DNA from: Spirochaetia bacterium
GTDB taxonomy: Bacteria; Spirochaetota; Spirochaetia; CADAEX01
DNA length: 64,000 bases
Direction of reading: 5' to 3'
Assembly: GCA_963662265.2 (NCBI GenBank)
Contig: CAXXHA010000008.1
Coordinates: forward strand, 64,001 to 128,000
Part shown: positions 38,879 through 49,416 of the stretch, piece by piece
How the letters are laid out: every line of letters begins with the position of its first letter
Numbering within the stretch: the stretch's first letter is position 1
Translations under genes and position numbers: made by a program
The notes under the pieces: generated by a model
Told to the model about the DNA's origin: nothing
Database searches by the model: none
What the model saw: only the letters and a program-made list of their open reading frames with translations

Positions 38879-40117
38879 ATGAAAATCAATATAAAAACAG
38901 CTGCTGTACTGCTTTCAGCATTAATAATTTTAAACGGATGTAGTCTTTTCACAAAAAAGACTTTTGTAATATGGACGGATCAGCCTGCAATAATTTCTTA
39001 TATAGAAAATTTCAACACAGCCCAGAAATCTGTGAAAGCGGAACTTGTTTACAAGAAAAACCCGGCTTATGAAATCAGAAAGACCAAAGTTTATCCCGAC
39101 CTCGTCATAAGCAGCAGTCTTAATTCAGCAAGAGTTATTGACAACTTCACAAAAACAGATTCGCTGTTTAAAAAAAACAAAATAGACAGAAATACATTTT
39201 ACAGGAAACTCCTCGACAAGGGGATGTCTGACAACAGGCAGATACTGATCCCTGTATCATTCAATCTCCCGGCACTCATGTTCAGAAAAGGGGAAGTAAG
39301 TTACAACATAAGCAACTTTGTACTGAACGAACAGAACCTGATCGATATAAGCTCAGATTTCAACAGCAAGAACAGTTCACTTCTTGCCTTCTCACCGAGA
39401 TGGAACAGGGAATTCCTTGTACATATCGCAGACCTGTATGGAGCATCTTTCCAGGAAAAGGGATCGGGACGTCTTTCCTACAACATGGAAAATATAGAAA
39501 ATTCTCTTTCCTTTGTCAGGAAATTTATCGAGGAAACAAACAAGGGAATTGAAAACGACATAGCTTTTGAGGATAAATACCTTTACAAACCTGCCGAAAA
39601 CCTCCTTGATGAGGGTAAAATTTTCTTTTCATTCACAAACCTGAGAAAATTCTATGCCATAAGCCAGAAGGAACGGGTAAACCTCAACTTCAGGTGGACT
39701 GCCAAGGATAACTATATAATGGCTGATGAAGATATTGTCTACGCAGGAATACCAAAACACGCAGAGAACAAGCGGGGAGCATTTGATTTTCTCGAATGGT
39801 TTTTTACACATGAGACACAGCACAAACTTATGGAATCTGCAAAAAAGAAAAGAACAAGATCTTTCGGCATCTGCATGGGCTTTTCATCGATAAAATCTGT
39901 AAATGAACAGACCTTTCCCAGGCATTACCCTCTTCTTGTCGGGCATATTCCGCCCGAGGATATCCTTGAATTTCCAAAGCCCCATCCGCTTGAATGGAGA
40001 AAAATCAAGAAAGAGGCAGTTCTTGACTGGCTTTACATGGAATCTGCCAACAAAAAAACAGAAACAAGTTTTGACGATGCTGTAAATAACTGGTATAAAC
40101 TGAATCCCGAATTCTGA
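38879..40117 (+). CDS. Extracellular solute-binding-like lipoprotein
   Basis: Lipobox LNGC; LIPVSFNLPAL and GAFDFLEWF resemble sugar SBP motifs. Confidence 0.7.
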   Translation: MKINIKTAAVLLSALIILNGCSLFTKKTFVIWTDQPAIISYIENFNTAQKSVKAELVYKKNPAYEIRKTKVYPDLVISSSLNSARVIDNFTKTDSLFKKNKIDRNTFYRKLLDKGMSDNRQILIPVSFNLPALMFRKGEVSYNISNFVLNEQNLIDISSDFNSKNSSLLAFSPRWNREFLVHIADLYGASFQEKGSGRLSYNMENIENSLSFVRKFIEETNKGIENDIAFEDKYLYKPAENLLDEGKIFFSFTNLRKFYAISQKERVNLNFRWTAKDNYIMADEDIVYAGIPKHAENKRGAFDFLEWFFTHETQHKLMESAKKKRTRSFGICMGFSSIKSVNEQTFPRHYPLLVGHIPPEDILEFPKPHPLEWRKIKKEAVLDWLYMESANKKTETSFDDAVNNWYKLNPEF

Positions 40118-40300
40118 TTGTTTTAAGCTTCTGTTGAAGATTGTTTATGATAAATCACTGCATCAGCATTACTGCCAGATAAGACACACTGAAAGCCCTG
40201 AAAACAATTTTATCCGGGAGCAGTGCTGCTGCTCCTGAGCAGTTCTGATACTGCAGAGCCAAGCTGCAGAGCCGGATCTCAGCAGAATAAATCTCAGCAG

Positions 40301-41398
40301 TTAAGAAAACTGCTTCTTCACTCCCCGCACATTCCTGAAAATCCACTTAAGGTCATCAGTTTCCCCCGGGACTTTTCCAAACGCCTTTTTCCACACAGTG
40401 CTACTCTCCATGCACATGTAGACAGGCGCTCCTGTAGCCTTTTTAAGCTTTTCATGCATTTTCCTGTAGACTTCCTTTCTTTCCGTCTGAAGATACCTGA
40501 ACTTACCGTCATGGCAGGGAACAAATTCATTGTAGAGATACGGCCTGTCCTGCATCCTGTCCTTAAGAGAAGGTGTATACCTGAATGTTCCCAGGCTTAT
40601 CCACTTGATTTTTCCCTTCGGAAAGACAGAAAGCTTTTCAGCAACTTCCAGATACCTCGGCTCCCAGTTGTTCTCGCATATTATAGGGTCAAAATGGAAT
40701 GCAAGGTTATAGCCTGCATTCACAGCCTTTTCAGCAGCCTTCAGCCTGCTTGAAAGGGGAAACGCATCAGGTTCTTCAGCGCATACAGTATCTTCAGGGT
40801 TGAGGGAAAAACTTATAATAGCGTTGCCCTTCCTGTCTATATCTAGAAGGTGGTCGACAAAATCAGTCTTTGTCTTTGCCTCGAAATATACATTGTCATA
40901 TGATGAAAGCTCTCTTACAAAATCCTCAGTCATTTCAAAGAGGGGATCAAACTGAAGCGAATCGCCCACTTCCCCGGTACCGACTCGTATGAAGCGGTCT
41001 GAATTAAGCTCTGCAAGCTGTTTGATTCTTTCTATTGCTGGGGCTGAATCACCGTAAACCGTAATAGGAGCAAAATTAAGATAGCTTTTCATAATGCAGT
41101 AGCTGCAGCCTAGAGTGCAGCCTTCATAGAGGTCCACGGTAAGATAATTGCAGCAGATATGGCCGTTTGTGCCGGGGCAGCGGCCGACAGTCTCCCCTAT
41201 TCTCTTCTTTATGAAGAGAGTGCTGCTGTTGAGGTCTTTTTCAGGGATCTGGTCCTTGTTGTCAATAACTGTCACAGGAAGCCTGTCAAGCCTGTCAAGA
41301 GCCCTCCTGACAGGTTTTTCATCAAGTACATCCCCGATAACATAAATCCGTTTGAAAATAGAGTAATAGTAATCCTTATAGTAATCTGAAAATATCAT
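40301..41398 (-). CDS. Spore photoproduct lyase-like radical SAM protein
   Basis: CPGT..HICCNY, GCTLGCSYC, RVGTGE..DSL, HFDPI, KFRY, YMCMES. Confidence 0.85.
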   Translation of the reverse strand: MIFSDYYKDYYYSIFKRIYVIGDVLDEKPVRRALDRLDRLPVTVIDNKDQIPEKDLNSSTLFIKKRIGETVGRCPGTNGHICCNYLTVDLYEGCTLGCSYCIMKSYLNFAPITVYGDSAPAIERIKQLAELNSDRFIRVGTGEVGDSLQFDPLFEMTEDFVRELSSYDNVYFEAKTKTDFVDHLLDIDRKGNAIISFSLNPEDTVCAEEPDAFPLSSRLKAAEKAVNAGYNLAFHFDPIICENNWEPRYLEVAEKLSVFPKGKIKWISLGTFRYTPSLKDRMQDRPYLYNEFVPCHDGKFRYLQTERKEVYRKMHEKLKKATGAPVYMCMESSTVWKKAFGKVPGETDDLKWIFRNVRGVKKQFS

Positions 41399-42236
41399 CT
41401 GATGTTTCCCTGACTTTCTCAAGCCTCTCAATTATTCTGGAAAGCTGTTTCTTTGATTTAAAGCTGAACTGTACTGAATAGCCACCTCCCTCGAAATAAG
41501 GTGGAGATTTCAGCTGTATGCCTGACCCTTTGAGATATTTATCTGTATAATCACTGAAATCTTTTTCAAGGCTTTTAAGAGAGGGATACCTGCATGCTGC
41601 TATATACCCGAAGGGGTCATCTGCTTCAGCTGCATTATTGAGAAGAGATGCAATATCGCCCCTGTCCCTGTCTCCCTTTTTGAATAGCTCAACAATATAG
41701 TTTATGAAAAGACGTTTTCTGCTAAAGGAAAAGTCCCTGATTATTTCAACAATTTTAGAAATAATTTCATTATCAAAAAGACTGAGCCGCACTGCTGTTT
41801 TCAAGTCAATAATATTGTCATTGACAATCTCTTTAAGATAAGAATCAAGTGAGGAGAATTTATCTGTATTGGGGATGAATGATCCGACTTCCTGTATAAG
41901 CTTAAGTACTTCAGTTTTTTCCTCATCAATACTGTTTTTACGGATAAATTCAAGTATTTGTTCCTTCTCAAACCATGTGTAGGAATCTTTTCTGTTTTCA
42001 GCCTTCAGAGCTGTTACAAGGCATTCTTCAGGAGAAGCAGCAATATACCTGCAGAAAATATCTTTTCTGTTTCCTGATATAGCACAGCGCACAATATTAT
42101 GCCCCCAGACAAGGTCGCTGCCTGATATTACCGGGAGTTCATATAAATCTTCATCAACAGCATCATTATTCACAAAAAAATCATATTCAGAAGTGTTTAA
42201 TGCTATTTCGCGGACAGTAGTATTTTTAATAATCAT
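41376..42236 (-). CDS. Hypothetical protein, possibly a degenerate ParB-like protein
   Basis: Overlaps the SPL-like start; C-terminal PPYFEG...VQFSFKS. Confidence 0.6.
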   Translation of the reverse strand: MIIKNTTVREIALNTSEYDFFVNNDAVDEDLYELPVISGSDLVWGHNIVRCAISGNRKDIFCRYIAASPEECLVTALKAENRKDSYTWFEKEQILEFIRKNSIDEEKTEVLKLIQEVGSFIPNTDKFSSLDSYLKEIVNDNIIDLKTAVRLSLFDNEIISKIVEIIRDFSFSRKRLFINYIVELFKKGDRDRGDIASLLNNAAEADDPFGYIAACRYPSLKSLEKDFSDYTDKYLKGSGIQLKSPPYFEGGGYSVQFSFKSKKQLSRIIERLEKVRETSDDIFRLL

Positions 42237-42367
42237 TTAAGAATAGTATCAAAATCAGCTGATTATTCCAAGATATTAACTACAGATGATTATTGACAAT
42301 TTCAATCCTCATCAATAGGATAAATGTTGATTAAATATCTCATAGCGATCAGCAAGGAGCATTAAAT

Positions 42368-43696
42368 TTGGACATTTCAGAAAAAAAAGCAGTAGCAATT
42401 CTGGGATGCGGTGTTGTCGGCGGGGCAACTGCATCAATCTTAACCAAAGATATTGATTATCTTAGAAAAAGAACAGGTATCAATTTTTATCTTAAATATA
42501 TCGTTGATATTGACTTCACGTATGCAGAATCACTTTCTCTTGATAATAATCTCTACACGAAAGATCTGGATACAGTTCTTGCTGATCCGGAAGTAAGCAT
42601 AGTTGTTGAACTCATGGGAGGAACAACAATTGCAAGGGATTTCTCAAAGAAAATCCTGAAAGCGGGAAAACATATTGTAACAGCAAACAAGGCACTCCTG
42701 GCTCATTATGGTGTTGAACTTTTCACACTTGCAAGGGAAAACAATGTTTCCATCTCTTTCGAGGCAAGCTGCGGAGGCGGAATACCTGTAATAAGAGCAC
42801 TTTATGACGGCCTTATTGCAAATAAAAACGAAGCTCTCTACGGTATTGTCAACGGTACCTGTAACTACATTCTCACAGAAATGACTGCTAACGGCGTCAG
42901 TTACGATGAAGCCTTGATCGGGGCAAAGGAAAAAGGGCTTGCAGAAGCAGATCCGTCACTTGATGTTTCAGGCATGGATTCGGCACACAAACTTGCTATT
43001 TTAAGCTCAATTGCATTCGGCAAGCAGGTTTCTCTTGATTCCATCCCTGTTACCGGGATTGATAATCTTGAACTTTTTGATGTTGCATCAGGTAAAGAGC
43101 TCGGCTATATTGTCAAACTCATTGCAATGGCAAAAATTGTAGATGACAAGGTTTCCCTCAGGGTAAGCCCGTCATTCATCAGCACAGAACATCCGCTCGC
43201 ATGGATTTCAGGCCCTTTCAACGCAATAAGCGTATACAGCCATGCAGTTGGACATACAATGTACTACGGAAGAGGGGCAGGAGGATCTCCTACAGCATCA
43301 GCAGTAATTTCAGATATTATCTCGGTACTTCTCGGAACAACAGAAAATACTTTCAACAAGCTTCCTATATGGCCTGATATTTCAGAAGCTGCGGATATTC
43401 TTCCGGCAGAGGAAATCAAGGGCAGATATTACATACGTATAACTGTGAAGGATCAGCCCGGCGTACTTTCAAAAATTTCTACAGCATTCCTGGAACACAA
43501 TATAAGCATTTCAAGTGTTCTCCAGAAAGGAAACGGGGAAGATACAATTGACAACTATGTTCCAATTGTAATAACAACACATGAAGCAAAGGAAGGAAGC
43601 ATTGTAAAAGCCCTGAAAGAGGTTGATAACTTCAGTTTCAGCAAGGGAAACAGTGTATATCTGAATATCATCGATGAACATGAGGAATCTCTGTAG
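42368..43696 (+). CDS. hom: Homoserine dehydrogenase with ACT domain
   Basis: GCGVVG, VTANKA, FEASCGGGIP, NGTCNYIL, AEADP, GRGAG..PTASAV, DQPGVL. Confidence 0.96.
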   Translation: MDISEKKAVAILGCGVVGGATASILTKDIDYLRKRTGINFYLKYIVDIDFTYAESLSLDNNLYTKDLDTVLADPEVSIVVELMGGTTIARDFSKKILKAGKHIVTANKALLAHYGVELFTLARENNVSISFEASCGGGIPVIRALYDGLIANKNEALYGIVNGTCNYILTEMTANGVSYDEALIGAKEKGLAEADPSLDVSGMDSAHKLAILSSIAFGKQVSLDSIPVTGIDNLELFDVASGKELGYIVKLIAMAKIVDDKVSLRVSPSFISTEHPLAWISGPFNAISVYSHAVGHTMYYGRGAGGSPTASAVISDIISVLLGTTENTFNKLPIWPDISEAADILPAEEIKGRYYIRITVKDQPGVLSKISTAFLEHNISISSVLQKGNGEDTIDNYVPIVITTHEAKEGSIVKALKEVDNFSFSKGNSVYLNIIDEHEESL

Positions 43697-43731
43697 ATAT
43701 AATCAGTTTCCGTTTAAAACTTTTACATAAT

Positions 43732-43765
43732 AAGCTGCAGATACCAGTTATCTGCAGCTTTTTTT
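43732..43765 (+). terminator. Intrinsic terminator after hom
   Basis: aagctgcagata/tatctgcagctt stem followed by a T-run. Confidence 0.85.
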
Positions 43766-43901
43766 AGCCTCTCATCTCAATCCGTAATTAAAACGTGGAA
43801 ATCAGCTGTAAATAATCCGTATTTCTTCTTTAGCCGGTTTTTAAACTGGAATTCATACGTTCAACTAAATAATTGTTTATTTGCCCCTAAAAACTAAACT
43901 C

Positions 43902-43931
43902 TTGACTGCAAAAAGTCGATCATGATATTAT
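43902..43931 (+). promoter_or_regulatory. Sigma70 promoter
   Basis: TTGACT-18-TATTAT with TG extension; AAGGAGG RBS downstream. Confidence 0.6.
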
Positions 43932-43953
43932 CTCAATAATTAAGGAGGTACTG

Positions 43954-44262
43954 ATGGAAGGTAATAATGCTTCCAGTCAGGATTCTGTACATCCAGCTGA
44001 AAAAGTATATTGTGCCAACTGTATTCATTGCAAAATGGTTAGAGAAAAAGACGGAAACGGTTCCCAGTACTATCTTCGTGTAAGATGTGCTGCAGGAAAA
44101 TGGAAGAAAAAACTCGGTGGTGAAAAAGTATATAAATACTTTACAGTAGCCAGGAGAAGTCTTGATGAATGTGACTGCTATATTCCAATGGGAGATCCAA
44201 AGGAATTTCTAAAAGACCTTAAAAAGACTCTTCCGATAAAAGATGAATTATATCAGCAGTAA
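43954..44262 (+). CDS. Cys-rich conserved hypothetical protein
   Basis: CANCIHC, RVRC, C.CY; strong RBS. Confidence 0.8.
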   Translation: MEGNNASSQDSVHPAEKVYCANCIHCKMVREKDGNGSQYYLRVRCAAGKWKKKLGGEKVYKYFTVARRSLDECDCYIPMGDPKEFLKDLKKTLPIKDELYQQ

Positions 44263-44280
44263 TCAGTGAGTATAAATACA

Positions 44281-44673
44281 ATGAAAAGAGTTCTACCCTT
44301 TATTTTGACATCATTTTTTCTATTTTTAATTTCATGTAACAGCGTACCCAAAGAAATACCTGAAGATATGCAGCCTGAGGAATTTTTCAAGAATGCCCAG
44401 TCAGCAGTAGTGGACTGGGGAAACTACAGAAGGGCTCTGTTTTATTATAATGAATTCATAAAACGGTATCCCGACATGAAAGGAAAAATCCTTGAAGCTG
44501 AATATGAAATAGCATTAATTTATTATAAAAAAGAAAATTATTATGAATCTGAAAAACGGTTCAGGGCAATCCTTGATAAATATCAGACAGATGATGCTGT
44601 TTATTATCCTGAATGGCCAAAAATACTTTCAGAAAAAATACTTAAACAGATTGAAGAAGAAAAGAAGTACTGA
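44281..44673 (+). CDS. TPR lipoprotein (BamD-like)
   Basis: Lipobox LISC; AL.YY..F..RYP and AEYEIA.IYYK. Confidence 0.75.
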   Translation: MKRVLPFILTSFFLFLISCNSVPKEIPEDMQPEEFFKNAQSAVVDWGNYRRALFYYNEFIKRYPDMKGKILEAEYEIALIYYKKENYYESEKRFRAILDKYQTDDAVYYPEWPKILSEKILKQIEEEKKY

Positions 44674-44689
44674 TTCTTTTTAATTATAT

Positions 44690-44720
44690 AAAGGATGCCT
44701 TAAACAGCATCCTTTTTTTT
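44690..44720 (+). terminator. Intrinsic terminator
   Basis: aaggatgc/gcatcctt stem followed by a T-run. Confidence 0.8.
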
Positions 44721-45130
44721 ATCTGTTCTAGGTAATCATTATTGTGAAAATAATATGACCAGCTGCCAGATCCCATGATTGAAACTCCTGTGATTTTATT
44801 TCAGAATACCGGTAATTTGTTCTTCATTTTAAGAACACTGAATTTAAAAAAGCAACATTCCTTACACAATAATTTTTATAAAATACAATATTTCGATAAT
44901 TCATTCAGAGAAATACAGGATATTTAATCATAATTTCACATATCAACAAAAGCTTTTAAAGGACAATATCCTTTCTGCGACCCGTTAAATATCGAACGGC
45001 CCACAAAAAGAGAACACCTTCTATTAGTTTAAAGGGAATATTAAAATGGCAGGAATAAAGAAAGAAAAGAGATATAAACAGCCAACACTATGAAAAGTAA
45101 AATATCAGGCGGTTTTAGAACCGCCTGTTT

Positions 45131-46283
45131 TTATTGAGGAAGTATTATAGGGTAAATTCGTATATTGCGTTCAGAGGCTTTTTTGAAAACATCTTCCCGT
45201 TTTATTGTTCCTTTAGGTTTGGGATGGGGGGGGCGCATCACCGATCAGAATAATTATCCGTTCATCGGCTGTCCATACATATCCGGTAACAGCGCTGTCA
45301 AGCGCTTCGTAAACCGCCTCGGGCCGATCTTTGCCGCCCCAGACTCTTATCCTGTTGACTGCCTTTCTTACCTGCTCCATATCATGGGTAAAGGGAACAT
45401 TTTTTGTTATATATGTTTCACCGTAATCCTTATAATAAACAAGGCCGACGCTGACATCGGAAAATCCCTCTGTCTCCTCTTCAAGAAGCTCAACAAGTTT
45501 CTCCTTGAGGAAAGGCACATCATTTTTCATGCTTTCAGTTGTATCTATTGCAAAAACAAGATTAAGACTTTCCCCTTCCGCATGCATCAGGACAGCCTTG
45601 ATATCATCTAGAAGACCAGCCTCCCCGTCTGAATAGATTATTTCTCCGCTTCCTTTTTCCGCAATCTCCCTGAAACTGTCCACAGCTTCATTCATGTAAT
45701 TATCAGGAGGTATTACTTTCAGCGGCACCTGAACTATATCAATCATAAAAGGGTTATCCTTAAAGCTTCCTGTATAATCACAGTACTCTTTCTCAAATGT
45801 CCTTATATTGATAAATGTTCCTGCAGAAAGGTAAATTTCCCCTCTCCTGCTCCACGGATAACCGTATTCTGTGACATAGGGAATAAATATATGAAATGCT
45901 TCAACAGGATCAGCAGCCCCAGATTCGTCACCGGAAAGGCTGGACGGAAAACCGGTTGTTTTCATCTCGGGAGTTGAATCTGCAAGAAAATAGAGATTTT
46001 TATCCCGGCTTATAAACTCTCCGTTTAGGATCCTCTTTTCATCACCGTTTACAGGATTATACTCGCTGGCACGTAATGAAAATACAGCTTTTTTTTTCTC
46101 CGGATCTGCAGTTGATTCAGTAATCATTACAGATTTGATATTTCCCTTTTTCTTTATCCAGAGATGGTATCCACCGTCTGCTTCCTCTTCAAGCACAATA
46201 TCATCAGCACTGACTGCAAGATCCTGCGGATGGGCAATAAACAGAGGAATCAAAAACAGAATAACATAGATTATTATTTTCAT
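45131..46283 (-). CDS. Exported von Willebrand factor A domain protein (+1 frameshift in a G8 run at 45226-45233)
   Basis: MIDAS DTTESM, YKDY, GG.D.PEAVYEAL and LIGDAPP; removing one base restores HPKPKG...IILPQ*. Confidence 0.8.
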
Positions 46284-46309
46284 GATATTCTGATTATCGG
46301 CTTAAAAAA

Positions 46310-46780
46310 TTATCTTTTAATATTAATGATTGCAGGAAACGATGAGACTTTGAAAAACTCTTCAGTTTTTGCAAAAAACAGCATACTCTTAACAAGTTCA
46401 TCAGCAACTGAATAAACAGAATCATCTTCAGTTTCATATGAGATAAAGAGGCTCCACTTATCTTTGTTTACATAGCAGAGGACATTGTCAGAGACCCTGT
46501 AAAAGCTGTATTTAACCCCTGAAAGTTTTTTCCACCCTGTAAAAACAGGAATATCTTCTGTAGAATAGAAAACTTCTATTTTCTTATCATCCAGCTGATA
46601 AATCCCCTTGTAACAGGGTATAACATTTTCACCTATTCCCGGAACACCTTCAGTCAGGAGGGGCCCTTCGAGAAGATATGCGAAACTGTTACTATCCTGA
46701 GAAAAAGAAAGGGTCATACCTGATAACAGTAAAATTATCAGGCATGTAATATATTTATTCAACTGTGACACTCTTGGCAA
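46310..46780 (-). CDS. Hypothetical exported protein
   Basis: 156-aa ORF with a signal-like segment, directly downstream of glmS. Confidence 0.6.
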   Translation of the reverse strand: MPRVSQLNKYITCLIILLLSGMTLSFSQDSNSFAYLLEGPLLTEGVPGIGENVIPCYKGIYQLDDKKIEVFYSTEDIPVFTGWKKLSGVKYSFYRVSDNVLCYVNKDKWSLFISYETEDDSVYSVADELVKSMLFFAKTEEFFKVSSFPAIINIKR

Positions 46781-48579
46781 GGTTCCTGGGCTGATCTACA
46801 TCCCGGCTCAGGTTCAGGGCGCAGTAATATGAAAACAGCTGCAGAGGTATACTCATGAGGAAAGGATATATATATTCGGATGCATGCGGTACACAGAAAA
46901 CATCATCTGCAATTTCAGCAACATCTTTATCATTATCAACGCAGAAAGCAATAACCTTCCCTTTTCTTGCCTTGACCTCTTTCATATTTGATATGACTTT
47001 TTCCCTGAGCCTGTCATCCGGCACAAGAAACAGTGAAGGTGTCTCTTCATTAATCAGCGCAATAGGCCCGTGCTTGATCTCAGCTGCACTGAAACCCTCT
47101 GCATGGATATAGGAGATCTCTTTGAGTTTAAGTGCCCCCTCAAGAGCAACTGGATAGTTTATACCCCTTCCCAGGAATATAAAATTCTCCGCTTTACAGT
47201 ATTTATCAGCAAGTTTCCTGACTTCATCCTTCCTGTCAAGAATCATGCCGATAAGATCAGGTATTGAATGCAGCTGACTGACAAACTCGCTGCCTGATTC
47301 GAATGACATATCTTTCATTCTTGCCATCATCAGGGTAAATATATAAAGTGCTGTCAGCTGTGAAGTAAAGGCTTTTGTCGAGGCAACAGCAATTTCAGGA
47401 CCTGAGTGGATATAAACCCCGCCGTCTGTTTCTCTTGCAATAGTTGAACCTACAACATTGCATATCCCCAGCACCTTTGCCCCCTTCCTCTGGAGTTCCC
47501 TCATTGCATAGAGAGTATCTGCAGTCTCCCCTGACTGGGAAACTACAAAGTAGAGTGCATTTTTTTTCAATAATCGGATTTCTGTACCTGAGCTCGGATG
47601 CAAGCTCTGTAGTTGCCGGAATTCTGGCTACAGATTCCATAAGGTATGCAGCAACCATACCTGCATGGTATGAAGTCCCTGCAGCAACAATAACCACCCT
47701 CTCAATATTTAGAAGTTCAGAACTGGTCATGTTGAGACCGCCGAGGTGACCTGTTGCCATTTCCTTTCTTAGCCGTCCAAGCAGTCCCCTGGTGATTGAT
47801 TCTTTCTGCTCAAATATTTCCTTGAGCATGAAATGGTCGAATTCACCCTTATCAAAAGCTTCACATTCCCAGTCAACTTCATCAACTTTCTTGCTTATCT
47901 TCTTCGCATCAAGACCTGAAGTCCTGAAAGAATCCGGTGTTACTGTTATAATCTCGCCGTCTTCGATATATACTACCTGTTTTGTATATGAAATCATTGC
48001 TGTAACATCAGAAGCAAGAAACATCTCGTTTTCGCCGATACCGAGGATCAGAGGAGATCCGTTTCTTGCACCTACAAGAGTTTCTGGATGTTCCTTGTGC
48101 ATGACAACAAGCCCGTATGTCCCCTTGAGCCTTACAGCAGCATCCCTTACTGCCTTGGTAAGGTCTCCCTCATAGAGATCTTCAATAAGGTGTGCAATTA
48201 CTTCTGAATCTGTTTCAGATCTGAATTTATGACCTTTCTCAACAAGTATGCTTTTAAGCTGCATGTAGTTTTCAATTATTCCGTTATGGACAATTGTGAT
48301 CTTCCCGGTACAGTCTGAATGGGGATGCGCGTTTTCATCAGTTACGCCTCCATGTGTCGCCCACCTTGTATGGCCTATACCGTTTTTGCCGAAAGGTTCA
48401 TCAGGCACTATTTCCCTGAGTTCTTTTATCTTGCCTTTCCGTTTTAATATCCTGAATCCATCCTCAGTACCGACAGAAATACCGGCTGAATCATATCCCC
48501 GGTATTCAAGACGTCTGAGCCCTTCAAGAAGTATTTCTGAAGCAGGTTTTATCCCGCAGTATCCGACTATTCCGCACAT
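46755..48579 (-). CDS. glmS: Glutamine--fructose-6-phosphate aminotransferase (+1 frameshift in a T8 run at 47560-47567)
   Basis: MCGIVG, LEYRGYDSAG, GHTRWATHG; SQSGETADT, ASTKAF, ALKLKE, PRNLAKSVTVE. Confidence 0.95.
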
Positions 48580-48737
48580 ATAATAATTCTCCCTAATCTG
48601 AATCGAAGTACATTTTTTACATTGATTCTGCATATTTTTACCAGTTACCAGTCAGGTCTCTGAAGAACACACAAAACCTGGAAACAACTATCTGCTGTTC
48701 AGTATACCGGCATATTTAATGAAAATGTTTATTTTTT

Positions 48738-49343
48738 TCAGCTGTATTCTTTAAGCCTGTCAATATCCTTGATTATAATCCTGTTCCCGCTGATTTCTAT
48801 AATCTCTTTTTTCTGAAATATTTCAATTTTCTCCTGGATTATATCAATCGGCAGTTCCATATTCTTCGAAATAGTATCTGAAACTTTATCATAATATAGG
48901 TTATCATATTCCTCTTTGCTCTGGCAGAGATAATAAAGATTCATAGCAATAAGACTCTTAATATCTTTTTTAACAAGCATCTTGATCTGCTGATTCGCGC
49001 TTTCAATTCTTCTGCACAGCTTATCTATGATATTTAGACCGATTTTTGCATTCTTCTCTATCATTGTAATAAACCCGTCCCTGTTGAAAGCAAGCAGCTG
49101 TACTTCACCTACAGCAGTAGCTGTTGCAGATCTTTTAAGCCTGCTCACAATAGCCATTTCACCGAAAAAATCACCCTTATTCAGTATTGCAAGAATATGC
49201 TCCTTTCCAGCAATCATCTTGCTTATTTTCACGGAACCTTCCTGTATGATATACATCTGTTCCCCGTCTTCATTTTCCTTGAATATTATCTGCCCGTTTG
49301 GAACATGGCGTCCAAATTTATTAAACAATGAACTGTCAGACAT
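48738..49343 (-). CDS. Crp/Fnr-family cyclic-nucleotide-binding protein
   Basis: IFKE.E.G..MYIIQEGSVKI, FFGEMA, RSATA. Confidence 0.88.
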   Translation of the reverse strand: MSDSSLFNKFGRHVPNGQIIFKENEDGEQMYIIQEGSVKISKMIAGKEHILAILNKGDFFGEMAIVSRLKRSATATAVGEVQLLAFNRDGFITMIEKNAKIGLNIIDKLCRRIESANQQIKMLVKKDIKSLIAMNLYYLCQSKEEYDNLYYDKVSDTISKNMELPIDIIQEKIEIFQKKEIIEISGNRIIIKDIDRLKEYS

Positions 49344-49416
49344 ACAACCCCCGATGAATATTTTGAATCACTATTTACAAATTATATGTTAATACAAATA
49401 TCGACAGGAGAAAAGC

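Noticed and set aside
47555-47570. Programmed frameshift or phase variation in glmS
   Set aside because: A single extra base in a homopolymer of a core gene, alongside several similar breaks, is more simply an assembly error.
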